This document shows positions 26,483-40,100 of a stretch of DNA of 64,000 nucleotides, one piece after another; position 1 is the stretch's first letter; each line of letters opens with the position of its first letter. The position numbers and the translations under genes are program-made. This stretch comes from a virus. The stretch lies in the IMG/VR virus record IMGVR_UViG_3300044695_006747, positions 32,001 through 96,000 of that record; one strand, written 5' to 3'. Under the pieces are notes generated by a model. The model saw only the letters and a program-made list of their open reading frames with translations, was not told the origin of the DNA and did no database searches.

Positions 26483-28579
26483 ATGAGCACCACTGGGCAG
26501 AATGCCGTACAAATTCGATATAATGGAACTGTTTTTGCAACGGAAGTTAAAACAGATCAACTAACAGCACGAACTCCGTGTCCACTAGTCAGTATAAGCA
26601 CAGAATCTAATAAGGATATTGATAATAATATTCTATATGATAGAAGTACAATAACCTTAGAGGGAATTATTCTTAGTAGTGGAAAAACAGACTTTCTAAC
26701 AACCGCATATACTGGAGTTGTTGGTTTCTTTAGTAAACCAGATAGACAAAATGGTCTTTTTGAAATAGTTTGCGGAACATTAAATAATGGAGCCTTCACT
26801 CCAGCAACAAATGGATTTATAAAATTTAGTGGTACTAGTTTTGTTTCCGCTAATGCTGATAAAAGCAATGATAATTGGTATTTAACTATACCATATACTG
26901 TTGTTATGGAAAGTGTTAGTAAACAAAATTCTAATATAATCATAGAATCATATGAGGATAGCTGGACAATAGAGCCACTAGAAGATATTTCATACTATGA
27001 CATATATGCCAATAATATCAATACATATGATATAAATAATAGTATATCCTATCTTACTCCTGGAACTAATACAAGCGCAGGAGGTCAGCTCAGACACAAC
27101 ACTCCCCCTAGTGCTCAATTGGTTGCTCCGTCACAAAATCCGTCTCAAGGAGGTATACAAGGACATTTACAATACAGAATAACACACAGGGTTAGTGCTG
27201 TTGGTAGACCAACAAAAATTGTCGATACAAATAACCCGAATCCCGGCGGACCAGCTAATACTACTAATAATAATGTAACAGCATATGAAAATGCTGCTCT
27301 GTGGGTGAATGAAAGAATAAACAATGCTGTTAGAATGATCTCTAATAATAGCGAAATGACCGCCTATTCCAGTACCAGTATTGAACCAACAGGCATTCTT
27401 CTAGGAGCAAAAAAAAATCCACCAGCACAAGGATTAAATTTGAGAGCTACTGGACCAAATACAATGGGACTATTTTTATATAATCATATTCGTTCAATAG
27501 AATCTTCTCCATCAGCAGGTTCTTACGGAGTAACAGACACTTGGCTTGCTCTGGGAACAGGAGTAAGATACACAGAAGAGTTTACATGGGAAATTAGTGT
27601 CGATGATAAATGGATTCATACAGTTAGTATGAATGGCACAATCAAAGGATTAGAAACAGTTGCTCAAAGCAGTAATACTTCCAGCGATCCTTCTGTTCGA
27701 TCAGATCAAGGTTATACGATTATGCCATCTAATAAAGCTAATATGTCAAATTATCCATCATTAACAGGAGTGGTTGTTGGAAACGAAGGATCATCTGTTT
27801 CTGTTGGCTCAGTATTAATTAGTAATAAATTCAGTAATCAGAATCGTGGTTCGTCAAAATATGAAGGTGCCTTACAGGCATATATCAGTGGCATTAAGCC
27901 ATACCTCTATATCAGAGCTAGTCATGCTCTAACAAACGCCAATGTTCAACCGACAACAAATCCGGTAGATAATAATAATATCAGTATAAATAATTTCTAC
28001 AGTAATAATAATAGATCATGGTTTGGTCCAGCAATTAGACCACTAAATATAGTACCAGTAACAGTGAACGAAACTTTTAATCCGGCAGCCGGAACTATTA
28101 CATATTCGATTTCGTATGATAATAGACCAGCCTGCTTATTAAGTGGAGCATTAAATGCTAGTGTTTCTGTTACTGATACTAATAGCGCAGATTTAGTTGC
28201 AGAAGCTTTTATACTAGGACGACCACTAGGTCCTGTGATAGAGAAGGTTGGAACCACAAAAAGTGAAAGACAATTAACAATAGAGGCTGTATACCCTCAA
28301 CCAACTGGTTTTCAAAGTTTACATCCACAATCTCCTCAGTGTGTTATTTATCATACAAAAAGTGATTCTAGTGTAGAATACAAAGCGATAAAAAATTTAG
28401 TGGATGCTTTTAAGCCAGTTGGAGCCAAAGCTTTTGGTACTTTCGGCAGTGCTGCGCCGTACTCATTATCTCCTGATGGACAAGTATTCAAAACAGCAGA
28501 TAGCGAAACATGGAGTCCTTTTGAGGGAAGATATACTAGAAATATAACATGGATTTATAATACAGGAACTTGTACTTAA
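26483..28579 (+). CDS. Putative distal tail/baseplate protein
   Basis: 698 aa, T/S/N-rich and beta-rich, located in the tail-tip region. Confidence 0.5.
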   Translation: MSTTGQNAVQIRYNGTVFATEVKTDQLTARTPCPLVSISTESNKDIDNNILYDRSTITLEGIILSSGKTDFLTTAYTGVVGFFSKPDRQNGLFEIVCGTLNNGAFTPATNGFIKFSGTSFVSANADKSNDNWYLTIPYTVVMESVSKQNSNIIIESYEDSWTIEPLEDISYYDIYANNINTYDINNSISYLTPGTNTSAGGQLRHNTPPSAQLVAPSQNPSQGGIQGHLQYRITHRVSAVGRPTKIVDTNNPNPGGPANTTNNNVTAYENAALWVNERINNAVRMISNNSEMTAYSSTSIEPTGILLGAKKNPPAQGLNLRATGPNTMGLFLYNHIRSIESSPSAGSYGVTDTWLALGTGVRYTEEFTWEISVDDKWIHTVSMNGTIKGLETVAQSSNTSSDPSVRSDQGYTIMPSNKANMSNYPSLTGVVVGNEGSSVSVGSVLISNKFSNQNRGSSKYEGALQAYISGIKPYLYIRASHALTNANVQPTTNPVDNNNISINNFYSNNNRSWFGPAIRPLNIVPVTVNETFNPAAGTITYSISYDNRPACLLSGALNASVSVTDTNSADLVAEAFILGRPLGPVIEKVGTTKSERQLTIEAVYPQPTGFQSLHPQSPQCVIYHTKSDSSVEYKAIKNLVDAFKPVGAKAFGTFGSAAPYSLSPDGQVFKTADSETWSPFEGRYTRNITWIYNTGTCT

Positions 28580-28594
28580 TAGGATAAAAGACAA

Positions 28595-31500
28595 ATGGTT
28601 AATCAAGCTTGTTTCAATAGTATCACAGAAAACGGGGTTAATGGCGGCGAACCTGTCAGCTACAGAATTTGTTGTAGTAAAGCATACTCTCAAACATTAT
28701 TTTTAGGCTGTAGTATACAGTCTTTTACTGTTGGCTTAGGTTGGGGAGGAGAAGGAAGCAGATTAACAGTGGAGCTTGTTAGAGATACTTGCAAATATCC
28801 TCATTTAATTAACAATCAGGGTCAAACCATTTCTAGAAATAATAGTCCAAACGATTATACTAATCGTAGAAAAAATAGCTCATTTGAATTTGACGAGAAT
28901 GGTATAGATCTAATTCCTGGTAAAGTATACTACGAAGCACGAGGAAACGAGCTAGTTTCTTTATATCATTTCGATGAAGATCCCGGTTTTTATGGAGATT
29001 TACCACCGTTACCAAGACAATCTGTTAATCCTCAAACTTTAGATTTGATAGGAACTCCTGTATATTTTAAATATGACGATTTTGAATTCAATGGAATCGT
29101 CAAATCTTGGGAAAAAGGAGCAGATCAAAGCACAGTTAATGAATCATATACAGTTACAATAGAATCTCCTTCTTTTTTGTTGCAACAAACCTATATGATA
29201 TTATCTAGTTATGTTGGCAGTATATTTACCAAAAAAAGTGGATTTACGAAAGGTTTTCCAGATTACGAATATGGAACATATGGTGGTAAAATATTAGAAC
29301 AAAATATACCCAATGTTATTAATATATATGGCTATCTAGAAGACAATACCAATATAACATCAAATCAGCCACTACTCCCAGAATCTAATGTTCCAGATTA
29401 TATTTATGGTAAATCTGGTTGGAATGAGCAGGGTATGCCAGCACCGAACATTTTCGTGGGCATTAACGATTTATTAAACTACCAGCCAATAGCGACAGCT
29501 TTGACTCAACAAAAAATATTACGATATTCACCATATGGTAGAATAATAGGAAGAGGAGTAAAATATAAAATAGACGGAACCAATGTTATTGCATCGGAAG
29601 CTAGAAGCAGAAAACATCACATTGGCATTGTTTGGCCACTTATATATAGTGGAACATATGGTCCAGAACATAGAATGCCATACGAGATAGATATTAGCTC
29701 ATTAAATGATGGATCAATTCCATCGTTCTATAGAATTAGCGATGAGACTATGACCATATTGGATTTCGTACAAAAAATAGCTGGAGAAACTGGTAAAGAA
29801 ATTTTTATATCTTTAAATCTCAGAATAGATGGAGGAGTTATCTATCCAGTTATTAAACTAAATACAATATCCACGCTAGAATACGGTAGAATTGGAGCTG
29901 TAGAATCTTTTATCAAATATTTAAAAGATAATGGTAAAACATTACAATCTTATAATACAGGTTTAGAATTTAATTCATCAGACCCTGTAAGATCGATGTA
30001 CATCGGAGGCAAACAACAAAGACTGTATCAGGTTAGAAATAAAAAATATGCTTCAAAACAAAGTTCTCTAAGATACAACTCATTTTTGGATAAATTTATT
30101 AATGTACAGCAACAACATACAGAATTAAATGCGCAAGAAATCAGAGCCGCCAATCCGGTATCAACCAGAAATCCTGTTTTAAAATATAATAAAACTACAG
30201 ATGCTGGTAGTAGATCCGGGAGAGTAAGGATTCCATTAATAGACGATTTTAATACTGCAGAAACTTTTGGTAAAACTATACAAAAAGGAAATTATTTTAC
30301 TAAAAAAAGCTTAAATCCTATTGGAATAATACCAATGTTAAGTGATTTGGGTATGAGTCCACAAAGCAATTGGTTTGAAGTATCGTCTGGAGACACAATA
30401 TGTCCATATTTTGGTAATAATTTAATTACTAATCTTGTTAGAAAAGTATATTATCATCAAACTGGTTTTATAGTAGAATTTAGCACACAAGAAATAGGAT
30501 TAGCTATCGGACAAAATTTTGCTACGAATGATATTATTGGAGTTTCGGAAACAGAAATACGTGCTGCTATGTCTGGTTTTGATAGTTATTATGGTTTTAT
30601 TTTCGGTGTTATGAGTGATGCTAAAACTATTGGTAAAAACAGAGGAGATCGCGGTAATAGCGCTCTACAAATTTATTCCAAAGTTATTATGCCTCTATTC
30701 AATATTCCTGCCGCTCATGATATTAACACATATTTTGGATCTCTTAATCGAGGAGTTGCCGAAACCAATAATAAGATTAATAATTCTTTATCTGGATCTC
30801 AAGCGGTGCCAATAGCTCCAGGCTCATCGTTTGCTTCGGATAAAACAGCTTATGATATTCTTAGTAAATTACATAAATTTTTTCAAGATATTGGAAACAC
30901 ATATTATGGTAAACAATTTATGGTCAGTATTAATACTATGCAATATTTTAAAGATACCAATACTTTTATGTTTGATCCGACTGTTGGTATAAATTGCGAC
31001 AATAGTATTGTAATAGGTTTTACAGATAATAATAATCCTATATATTTATCTGATGGAACTAGTAAGATATATTATGAATTTGAGCCAGCAGATTTTGCGT
31101 GGGAAGAATATTTTAATTTTGTGGACGATATGTTAGTTGTTGGCAGTCCAGATATGGATAATTTAACAGCAGACAATGGCACAATATATCCAATATTAGG
31201 TTATTCTGCACATAAACAATATAATTATATTAAAGAATTTGATAAAAGGGTATGGGATCAAACGAGGAATTTTTCTGGTAATGCTAGTCAATTTTTTCAT
31301 TTTTGGAAATTTGATGCTTATAGAAATGCTGGTGCTAAGTTTTTAGATCCGTCTAATAATTTTTGGGAACCTTCTATATCTTTGCAGGATGATTCTGCGG
31401 TGACATTAGAGTATAACAAAAATATATATCAAAATCCAACATCACCACAAGGTCTATGCTCACCTGTTCGCACAACCAGAGTCAGCTCAGATACAGATGC

Positions 31501-34108
31501 TTTTGATACTATAATACCAGAAACCGAAAAATTTAAAACATATGTTAAAGCTGAGATAGACAAAGAAATTCAATCTTACTTTGCTTCTGCTCTTATAGGT
31601 GGTGGTAGAATTATTCCTAAATTAATTATTAAACATAATACTGGAGCATTTATTAATCCGTTGCACCCAGGGGCCTTGAGCGTAACATCTGCTGTTGTAG
31701 AATTTTTAGGAAATAATTATGGAGGATTGAATGCTGTGATAGGAAGAAAAATATTATCTGGTTCTTCTTTTTATAGTGTTCCTTTTCAGACAGCAGGATT
31801 TAATGCCGATAGTGCTAATAGTCAAAACAGAGACAATAACCAATATAATAATATGTCCATAAATCCAAAGGCTGCTATACCTATTTTTGCTGGCGTTCCG
31901 ATGATAATAAATAATGCTGTATATGGTCCTTGGGTTAGTGCTCCTGATGTTATTAAAAATGATATATTTGGAACACCATATACCGATCCAGCCACCGGAC
32001 AAACAGTTTATAATCCTAATGTTGATGTTAGATTAGAAAATCTAGTTGGAGGAACCAAAGTACAAGTTGATGGAGATCTAGTACCGTGGAACTATGGTGG
32101 TATGCGATTACTAGATGAGGCTGCTCTTATACAAGTGTCGCAAGATAATAATTATCAGCTTCAGTCAGAAACGGGACAGATTACGGTCTATGGAACTCCA
32201 GAAGTAAGTATAGGAGATGAATTGAAAGCTACATCATATGCATTTAGAGGACCAACTGTGACCAACGTTCAGGTACAGGTAGGAGAAAATGGTGGAGTAA
32301 CAACATATACTTTTAGAACATTTACTCGTAAATTTACTCTTTTTAATAAAGAAAGCGCAGATAGATTAAGAACAATAGGACAAAATGCTATAAAATCCCA
32401 AAAAGAATTTAGACAACAATTTAGAAAAATTAACGAAATGTTGATGACGGCCGCCGGAAGCTCATCTTCTGCTACTAATCCCTACGATTTGAGTGGCTCA
32501 AAATTAGGTCAATATAGTCCTATGACGGTTTTGGTAGGATATTCTCATCCATACACCAGTCCATTACGGGCCGGAAATATAGGATTCTACCCAAGACCAG
32601 GATCTCCTGCTCAATACTCTAAAGACTCTGTTAGACAACTAACAACAGTATCATTACAAGACGTAAGAGAATTACCACAAGAATTTGATCATCTATATAG
32701 TACCAAAGCTTTTATGAGTTTGGAAGGATTATTATCTCCAGTATCTTTTTATCCAACATTTAATAATTCCACTAATGCATATAAACCATATTTTACAGAT
32801 AATTGTCCAATATGTAATGGTACTAGACAATATAGTTTTGGAAATAAAACTTTATTTTGTATATTTTGTAATGATAAGGTTGCGGGACAAGATCCTGGGT
32901 TACCAGAAACAAATATTCAGATACCGCCATATATTCTATCTAGTGAATTAACAGATAGTGTTATAGATAATCCTAATGCTGTTGCGGAATTACTATGGAG
33001 ATCCGTTGGTAAAACTATCAATTATATTAATCTAAATCCTATTATTATGCCCGTAGGAGAGTTAAGAAATAGATATGCTCAAAGCACAGATTTCACCGCT
33101 CATCATATAGATATCGTAGGAAGAAGTTTGGTGCCAATGGCAGGATCATTGTCTATAACAGATAATACTTGTATAGATCAAGATCAAATTTTTGGTAATT
33201 TAAATCTTGCAGATCAAAATGGTAGTATTCAAAATGGAATTCCTCCATCAGATTTGGACTGGAATTCGTATGCTTTCGATTTGAATTCTGGCACACAATC
33301 TAATAGATTTTATCTAATGAATCAAAGATTTTTAGCTTTGAGAGGACCCCTAGTTTTATCTGGATGGGGTTTCGATACAGAGGGATATCCTGTACCAAAC
33401 TCTTCTGGAGAACCCCAACAGTTAGATGATGAAGGATTTCCGAAAAGAATACAAAATCCACAAGATCAAAACGGAGGATTTCAAAATTATGAAGGAACAA
33501 TCTTAGGGAAAAATCAAATATGGGATGAAGAAAAGCAAAGATGGAGTGATCCGTATAGAGAAGATACTTTTTATAAAGGGTGGGGACTCAGACCAGACAC
33601 ATGGCCAGTCGGTCCTGTTGATTTGAGGTGGGATCATAGAAGAAAAGTTTGGACAGCAGCTCCGGAAGTTATGTTTGCAGAAGTTCAGTTAGAGGATGAT
33701 TTATCTCCTCCAACCATAGCTAGGGGATTTCTAAATTATGCAGACGAGCAGGCTCCTCTTCCCAATAATCTCAAAAGAATGGTATTAGTTAAAGATTTTT
33801 CGGAAACTTTTGGCGCCCCTAGAGGAGCTAAATTATATTGTAAGTATGATAGTGTAACAGGATTTTATACTCCTGTTACTAGGCAAAATATTATAACATC
33901 AGGCTTGATCACCAGTCCTAATACTGCGATCATATATAATGGTTATGCTCAGGGCTATGGAGAGAACAATGTGCCACACCCACCACAAAAAATTCCCGTA
34001 CAATATTTAAACTTTTTAAATTTACCAATTAATAATTTCCCAAATCAAGCTGGATTATTTATTTATATAACTAATCAATGGATTTTAATGTCAACAAATT
34101 GTGATTAA
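28595..34108 (+). CDS. Putative baseplate hub/tail-tip protein
   Basis: 1837 aa; N-terminal FLGCSIQSF.VGLGW...LTVELV and FNGIVKSW motifs typical of hub proteins; CPIC...CIFC zinc-ribbon-like insert. Confidence 0.55.
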   Translation: MVNQACFNSITENGVNGGEPVSYRICCSKAYSQTLFLGCSIQSFTVGLGWGGEGSRLTVELVRDTCKYPHLINNQGQTISRNNSPNDYTNRRKNSSFEFDENGIDLIPGKVYYEARGNELVSLYHFDEDPGFYGDLPPLPRQSVNPQTLDLIGTPVYFKYDDFEFNGIVKSWEKGADQSTVNESYTVTIESPSFLLQQTYMILSSYVGSIFTKKSGFTKGFPDYEYGTYGGKILEQNIPNVINIYGYLEDNTNITSNQPLLPESNVPDYIYGKSGWNEQGMPAPNIFVGINDLLNYQPIATALTQQKILRYSPYGRIIGRGVKYKIDGTNVIASEARSRKHHIGIVWPLIYSGTYGPEHRMPYEIDISSLNDGSIPSFYRISDETMTILDFVQKIAGETGKEIFISLNLRIDGGVIYPVIKLNTISTLEYGRIGAVESFIKYLKDNGKTLQSYNTGLEFNSSDPVRSMYIGGKQQRLYQVRNKKYASKQSSLRYNSFLDKFINVQQQHTELNAQEIRAANPVSTRNPVLKYNKTTDAGSRSGRVRIPLIDDFNTAETFGKTIQKGNYFTKKSLNPIGIIPMLSDLGMSPQSNWFEVSSGDTICPYFGNNLITNLVRKVYYHQTGFIVEFSTQEIGLAIGQNFATNDIIGVSETEIRAAMSGFDSYYGFIFGVMSDAKTIGKNRGDRGNSALQIYSKVIMPLFNIPAAHDINTYFGSLNRGVAETNNKINNSLSGSQAVPIAPGSSFASDKTAYDILSKLHKFFQDIGNTYYGKQFMVSINTMQYFKDTNTFMFDPTVGINCDNSIVIGFTDNNNPIYLSDGTSKIYYEFEPADFAWEEYFNFVDDMLVVGSPDMDNLTADNGTIYPILGYSAHKQYNYIKEFDKRVWDQTRNFSGNASQFFHFWKFDAYRNAGAKFLDPSNNFWEPSISLQDDSAVTLEYNKNIYQNPTSPQGLCSPVRTTRVSSDTDAFDTIIPETEKFKTYVKAEIDKEIQSYFASALIGGGRIIPKLIIKHNTGAFINPLHPGALSVTSAVVEFLGNNYGGLNAVIGRKILSGSSFYSVPFQTAGFNADSANSQNRDNNQYNNMSINPKAAIPIFAGVPMIINNAVYGPWVSAPDVIKNDIFGTPYTDPATGQTVYNPNVDVRLENLVGGTKVQVDGDLVPWNYGGMRLLDEAALIQVSQDNNYQLQSETGQITVYGTPEVSIGDELKATSYAFRGPTVTNVQVQVGENGGVTTYTFRTFTRKFTLFNKESADRLRTIGQNAIKSQKEFRQQFRKINEMLMTAAGSSSSATNPYDLSGSKLGQYSPMTVLVGYSHPYTSPLRAGNIGFYPRPGSPAQYSKDSVRQLTTVSLQDVRELPQEFDHLYSTKAFMSLEGLLSPVSFYPTFNNSTNAYKPYFTDNCPICNGTRQYSFGNKTLFCIFCNDKVAGQDPGLPETNIQIPPYILSSELTDSVIDNPNAVAELLWRSVGKTINYINLNPIIMPVGELRNRYAQSTDFTAHHIDIVGRSLVPMAGSLSITDNTCIDQDQIFGNLNLADQNGSIQNGIPPSDLDWNSYAFDLNSGTQSNRFYLMNQRFLALRGPLVLSGWGFDTEGYPVPNSSGEPQQLDDEGFPKRIQNPQDQNGGFQNYEGTILGKNQIWDEEKQRWSDPYREDTFYKGWGLRPDTWPVGPVDLRWDHRRKVWTAAPEVMFAEVQLEDDLSPPTIARGFLNYADEQAPLPNNLKRMVLVKDFSETFGAPRGAKLYCKYDSVTGFYTPVTRQNIITSGLITSPNTAIIYNGYAQGYGENNVPHPPQKIPVQYLNFLNLPINNFPNQAGLFIYITNQWILMSTNCD

Positions 34109-34110
34109 TT

Positions 34111-37100
34111 ATGTCTTGCAATAGCTGTAAATTAAAAAATACACACTGGTTAAACGATCTGATACCACCATCAGGTGATCAGATATCATTTGATCCAGAT
34201 TTATCATCTTTGATAGAGCCATTTGATGCACAATTTAGTGGTATTTGGAGACCATTAATAATAAATCAGAAAAGATTCGAGGAAAAACTATGGATACCTT
34301 TCTATTTGCCAGCAACTGGTTTGTTTGTGGACCGACACAAAGATTATGTTGGCTATGACAAATTTGTAAAAATTGAAAATCCAGAGTTTAAAAATTGGAA
34401 TATTGAAGGAAAATTAGATGTTTGTGTTGATGTTGGTCTATCTCATTTTAAAGCATTTCCTACGACAGGTGCTAATTCAATAAATTATAATGTACAGCAA
34501 ATTTCTAACGAAAAAACAAATAATTTTTCTATTCAAACTAATAATGTTATCAAAAATAAATTAAATGATGAAAAAGATAATACAGAAACTGGATCTGTTA
34601 ATGGAGTTATTCCTAGAATAGATCCTGAAAGCAATATAGTAACAATAGAAGTTATAGACAGAGGAAAAAATTTCGGTCTAAAGGCAACTAATGATGAATT
34701 ATTAAATTTATTTTCAGCTTCTATAGGACAAAATGGTTTAACTTGGCAATTTTCTCCTAATCAAGAATTTTTTAAATATTTATCAACTAATGAATATCTA
34801 TCGCTAGATTACACTGTCTTTACACAAAAAATGTTCCCAGGAGAAACAGTTCCACGAACAGGACAATACAGTATTAGAATTTCATTATTTGGCAGGAATG
34901 ATCTCGCTGAACCAAGAATTATTGCTGATACCGGATCATCAACCATAAATTTAATAGAAAAACCAGATCTTTACACAACAGGATATATCACGGTTAAAGA
35001 CGAAGATATGTCTCAAGAAATTTATGCTTTAGTCGATGATGTTTTTATTAGTGGTCAAACACAAGAATTACGATCTTCAAGGGACGATATAAAAAGAATG
35101 CTTAGTTTTGGTAGGGGTGTTTTGAGAGACACAACAACCAGAGAGTCAACCATAGAATGGTCTTTTTATAGTGGATCAGAAGACTTTCAATATTTAAAAC
35201 ACGGAGAATCACTAACTCTACAATATAATATTTATATATATGATAATCTTGGAAAATATAGTATATATAATAAAACTATAACTATAATTGGTAAAAATGA
35301 ATCTCCTGGCATTGGTTTGTATGATATATTAGACACGAATGGTGGAATATATGATCTAAATAATCCTAATAGTCTTCAAGGAACATTAAGTTATAGTGAT
35401 GTTGATTTTGGAGATAGTGTAACACCACAGGTGCTTTCTGTGAATGTTAACTATTCAAAATCAGGATTGGTTTCTTTTCATGAGTCTTTTAAAAATATGC
35501 TATCTGTTAGCGGAGGAGGAGGTAGAACAGGTAAAATAAATTGGGTTTTTCAACCAGATACTGAATTTTTACAGTATTTAGGTGTCGGTCAAATTGTAGA
35601 ACTAAATTATGTAATAGAAATTACAGACACAAATGGAGCTAAAGGATATGGCCTAGTTACAATTATTGTTATAGGTAAAAATGAGGATATCGAAACAGAT
35701 CAAACTACAATAAGTAAAACTTACACGCTTGAGCCACCACCACAAACCAAAGCTATAGTTGATAGCGAAACTATAACTGTTTCTGATAATAACAATAATG
35801 ATCTATGCAATATTATTATTAGTAATTATAAATATGAGTTTGAAAATTTTAATTATTCTAGTTTACTATCTTTATCTGATGATAGTCAGCTAAATATGGA
35901 GTTACTGGGTGAAAGTATGCGACATATGTTATACTTTGTTCCAGATTACGAGAGTGGTGGCGGTAAAACATATTATAATAAGATAGGCAAATATAAATGG
36001 ATTTTCAATTCTTTTCCTCATCATTTTAGATATCTAGTTAATGGAGAAGAAATATCTAGCTTAAAATTAACATATGAAGTTTTATTAGTAGATACGTATG
36101 GCTCTTATAAAAAAATAAAATTTATATTTACTATTAATGGCTATGAAGCACCAGAGACAGAAAGCACAAGTCCTCTGATAACAGATAATAAATATTATGA
36201 TTATATATTTGGATGGTATAGATATTATGATATCGAAAAATTAAATGATGATAGATATATACCAGGAGTTGATTTTTATTTTGGATCATTGGACACTTAT
36301 GTATACGGTGTTGATGGAATCAGTAGATTAGTCGTACCAGAATATAAAAAATTTGGTATTTATCCCAGACCCGAAATGCCTAGAGACTCTCTGCCAGTAG
36401 ATAATGTATTATTCGAAGATGGATATCTATACGACTATTCTGCTGAAATAGGTCTTATGCATTTAGGTCCAACTGGTTCATTATTGAGTCCAAGTGGCAC
36501 TCTCTATCAGTATATAACAAACCCTTATGAAAGACAAAAAGCTTTACATATTATAAATACCAGTCCTTATATTGATCAAATTACACATACTCTTACAGAT
36601 ATAGATGCTGTTGATTATACACGAGATTCTTATGGCAGAATTTTACCACTATTGAGCGGCATGTCTGCCAAATCTTTTAAGGATCTTTCTTTGAATAGGT
36701 TTGTTTCAAGAAAACAAGAAATATTTTATAGACTAGCACAAAAATATGGACTATCACTAATATTAGAAGAATCAGAAAAATTAAAATTAAAATCAAAATT
36801 TGTTTCAGATATTGGGGCAAATGTTAAAATTAATCAAAAAATGTTCATGGAACAAGATCCTGAGCAAACAGATAAATTATGTTTTATTGATACTACAATA
36901 AATATTGGTGATATAAAATATCATCGAGGATTATGTAAAAAAGATGAAACAGATATGCCTATAGTTTTGGATGTTAATAAAATGATTAATTCTCCAATAG
37001 TTATAGGCCCACCCCCACCGCATCTTTTGGCAAACTATATAGACACAATAGATGATTATTTTTTTCATATAATAGATTATAGACTTAATGAAAAATTAGT

Positions 37101-40100
37101 TAATCAACAATATGTATTTAATCTTAAAGATAAGGATTATTACTATAACGAATACAACACCCCTTTTATTCCACCATACTTTCCTAGTTACCCATATAGA
37201 GTTCCGAAGGGTATAGATGATCTAAATTTAATATTTCATGGTCATGGTGGAATTCAAGATTTATCTATAGTAATAGCAGAAGAGAGTCCACTAAGAGATA
37301 TAGAACATTTTGATTTAACTTACAAAGAATACGACCTTGAATCGATAGAGGGACCTCCTTCGCCTATTGAAATATCGTATTATAGTAATCATGGTTCTCG
37401 TGTCTATTTGGGAGATATAGAAATAGACTATTTACGTACTCCTTCAAGACCTAAATGCGAACCATTTATTTCTTATCGTAGTTACGGTCCACGTCCACGA
37501 CCACAAGCAATTGGGTATATTAGCGAGACATTCTATGATTTTATAGATGAAGATATAAAATTATTTTCATATCTACCTGCAATAACGTCATACTATTTAC
37601 CTTCTGGTAATTATTATGCTTCTTTAACAGAGGACCAAAGAAAATTATTCAATATAGATTTATATAATCATCCCAGTGGATCAACCCCTCTGCTAAAAAC
37701 TCATAATGTGCAAGAGCTAGATCCAGAGTATAGTTCCTTTAACTCTACTTCAATAGATACAGGAGCTGAAATACTCTTACTAAACGTAACACATAATGGC
37801 AATATATCATTTGATTATCCGGTTTCTGGGTTAAAATCTGGTTATTTTTGTTTAGAGGCAGTATCATCTAGCGGTATCTTTGATTTACAACTACTTCCCG
37901 ATGAAAATACAATATCATCTGCGGATAGTTTGGCTCATGGTTCTTATGCTTTATGTTTAGAAAATATAGCCAATCACCATACTCTAGCAAAAATCACAGT
38001 GTCTGTTTCTGATCCTTGTGATTATTGGGAATTAAAACTATCTCATTTACCTTTTGATACTATTAATCGTCCATTGATATCTAAAATAGATGTGAGTGGC
38101 ACTATAGGATTTTTTCATCCAAATTCTGGATGGATAAATGATAGTCAATATTATTTTAAGACACCAATGGCTCCGTATGTTCCTTTACCTTTAGATTCAA
38201 AAGGAGATTCAGAGGAAACATCCAAACAGCCAATAATTAAACATCATCACTATTTTTGGTATGATAATGAAAAAATGTATAATTCTGAATATTTGAGTGG
38301 ATTTAATTATATGGTAAATTTATCTGGATTAGATTCAAATATACAAAAACATATTCAAAATTCAAGATTTATAGGTGTTGATAAAGAAGACTATTACTTG
38401 ATGACTTCTGATTTTTATAAATTCTCATATAATGCAGAACAATCTCCTATTAAAAAATCTATTCGTATGTCTTATATTGATATGGATTATTCTTACGGAT
38501 ATCCTTTTAATAATTTTAGCTTTAAACCTGTTGATAATAATAAAATTATAGTATCCAGTAATTTTGGTAAAAAAAGACCATTAGCATATTTTGATGATCC
38601 AAGATTACGTCAAGAATATGTAGAGCTTACAAATTATGAAACTATTAATATTGATAGTAAACTACAAAATATTCTTTTAGTTATCAGCAATATAACAACT
38701 CTCTTAAATTCTATTAATAATCAAATACGATATTGGCAGCAGCAACTAATTTTAGTAGATATAAGAAATATTGATGAAAGAAATAGATTAAATAATATTA
38801 TTAATAATTTATTTACTTTAATATCTAATATAGAAGAAAATATACAAATATTAAGACAAAAATATAGTGAGCTATCTGATAAAAAAGATAATTTTTTTAC
38901 AGCTCAAGTAGTGTCGGCAAGCGGAAACAGTGACTATCTATTACTCGAACTAGATAGACCATTGATTGATGAGTTTTTATCTGGAGGATACATCAGAAAA
39001 GCTAAAAACGATGAAAATAAATCTCAATCCATATTATTATATAGATCTAATGTGAGTCGTAATGATTTTGATTTAAAGATAAATAAATGGGGCAATCTTT
39101 TTGTTGTAGACACAGATTTTGTTGGTTCTTTAATTGACAATTCAAAACTACGAGCAGTAGCGGCATGGAGGCAGCCATCTTTGTTTCTCAATCAAAACAA
39201 TAATGGCTCGATAGAAACCTCTGGATATTATGTGCCGTATAGTTTTAAAAATTTACAGACCAGTGACGATGGTAATCCATCTTATTTTCCGACACAAATT
39301 TCTGTGTCGGATTCTGGTCCTTTGAAAATATCATCAGTTAACACCAAAGCACCTTCTAGTATATATGTTGGTCCATACACAGGACAGGTTCATATAACAA
39401 CAGCCTCTAAAGTAATTCAAGGATCTTTTATAAAAGTTGCTGATGATAATAGAGTTTTTTTTAGTTTCGTAGATAATGATATTGGAGAAGATACTCATAA
39501 TAGATATATCCATAATTATAATAAAAACTATATGAATCTTAAATCTGGTGATGCTATTAAATTTATCATAGATAATGAAGACCATCCTGCTCTTAATTTT
39601 ATTGATCCAGAAAATGAATATTATATTATATATTACAATGAAGGTAGGTTTATAGTAGGAGAATCTACCGAACAGCCTTTGGTATACGACGAAAATATAG
39701 ATTCATCAATAGCTGATTATGGATGTTTTGCTATAATAGAAGACCCAAAATTTAATCATGATTCTCCTTGTATTGGGAATCTTCGTGTAAAGTATAATAA
39801 TGAGACAGTTGATAATAAGTTCTCTAAACCGGCATTACCAATTTTTGCTGATATAGAATATGAGCCGATTGATGAAAATGATTTTTCTAAATATATTGCA
39901 CATATTCTTTATAGGTATTATGATCCACCTTTCTCATCAAACAGCAGACCCAGTGGATTATTTCCTGATTATATTGCTATATATGATAAATATATGGGAA
40001 ATATTCATGGAGTATTTTATTCTTATATAGAAGATCCTTCAATTAGAGAACCAAGCGGAATATTGAGAGTTAATAGAAATAGTTTTTATGATCATAATGA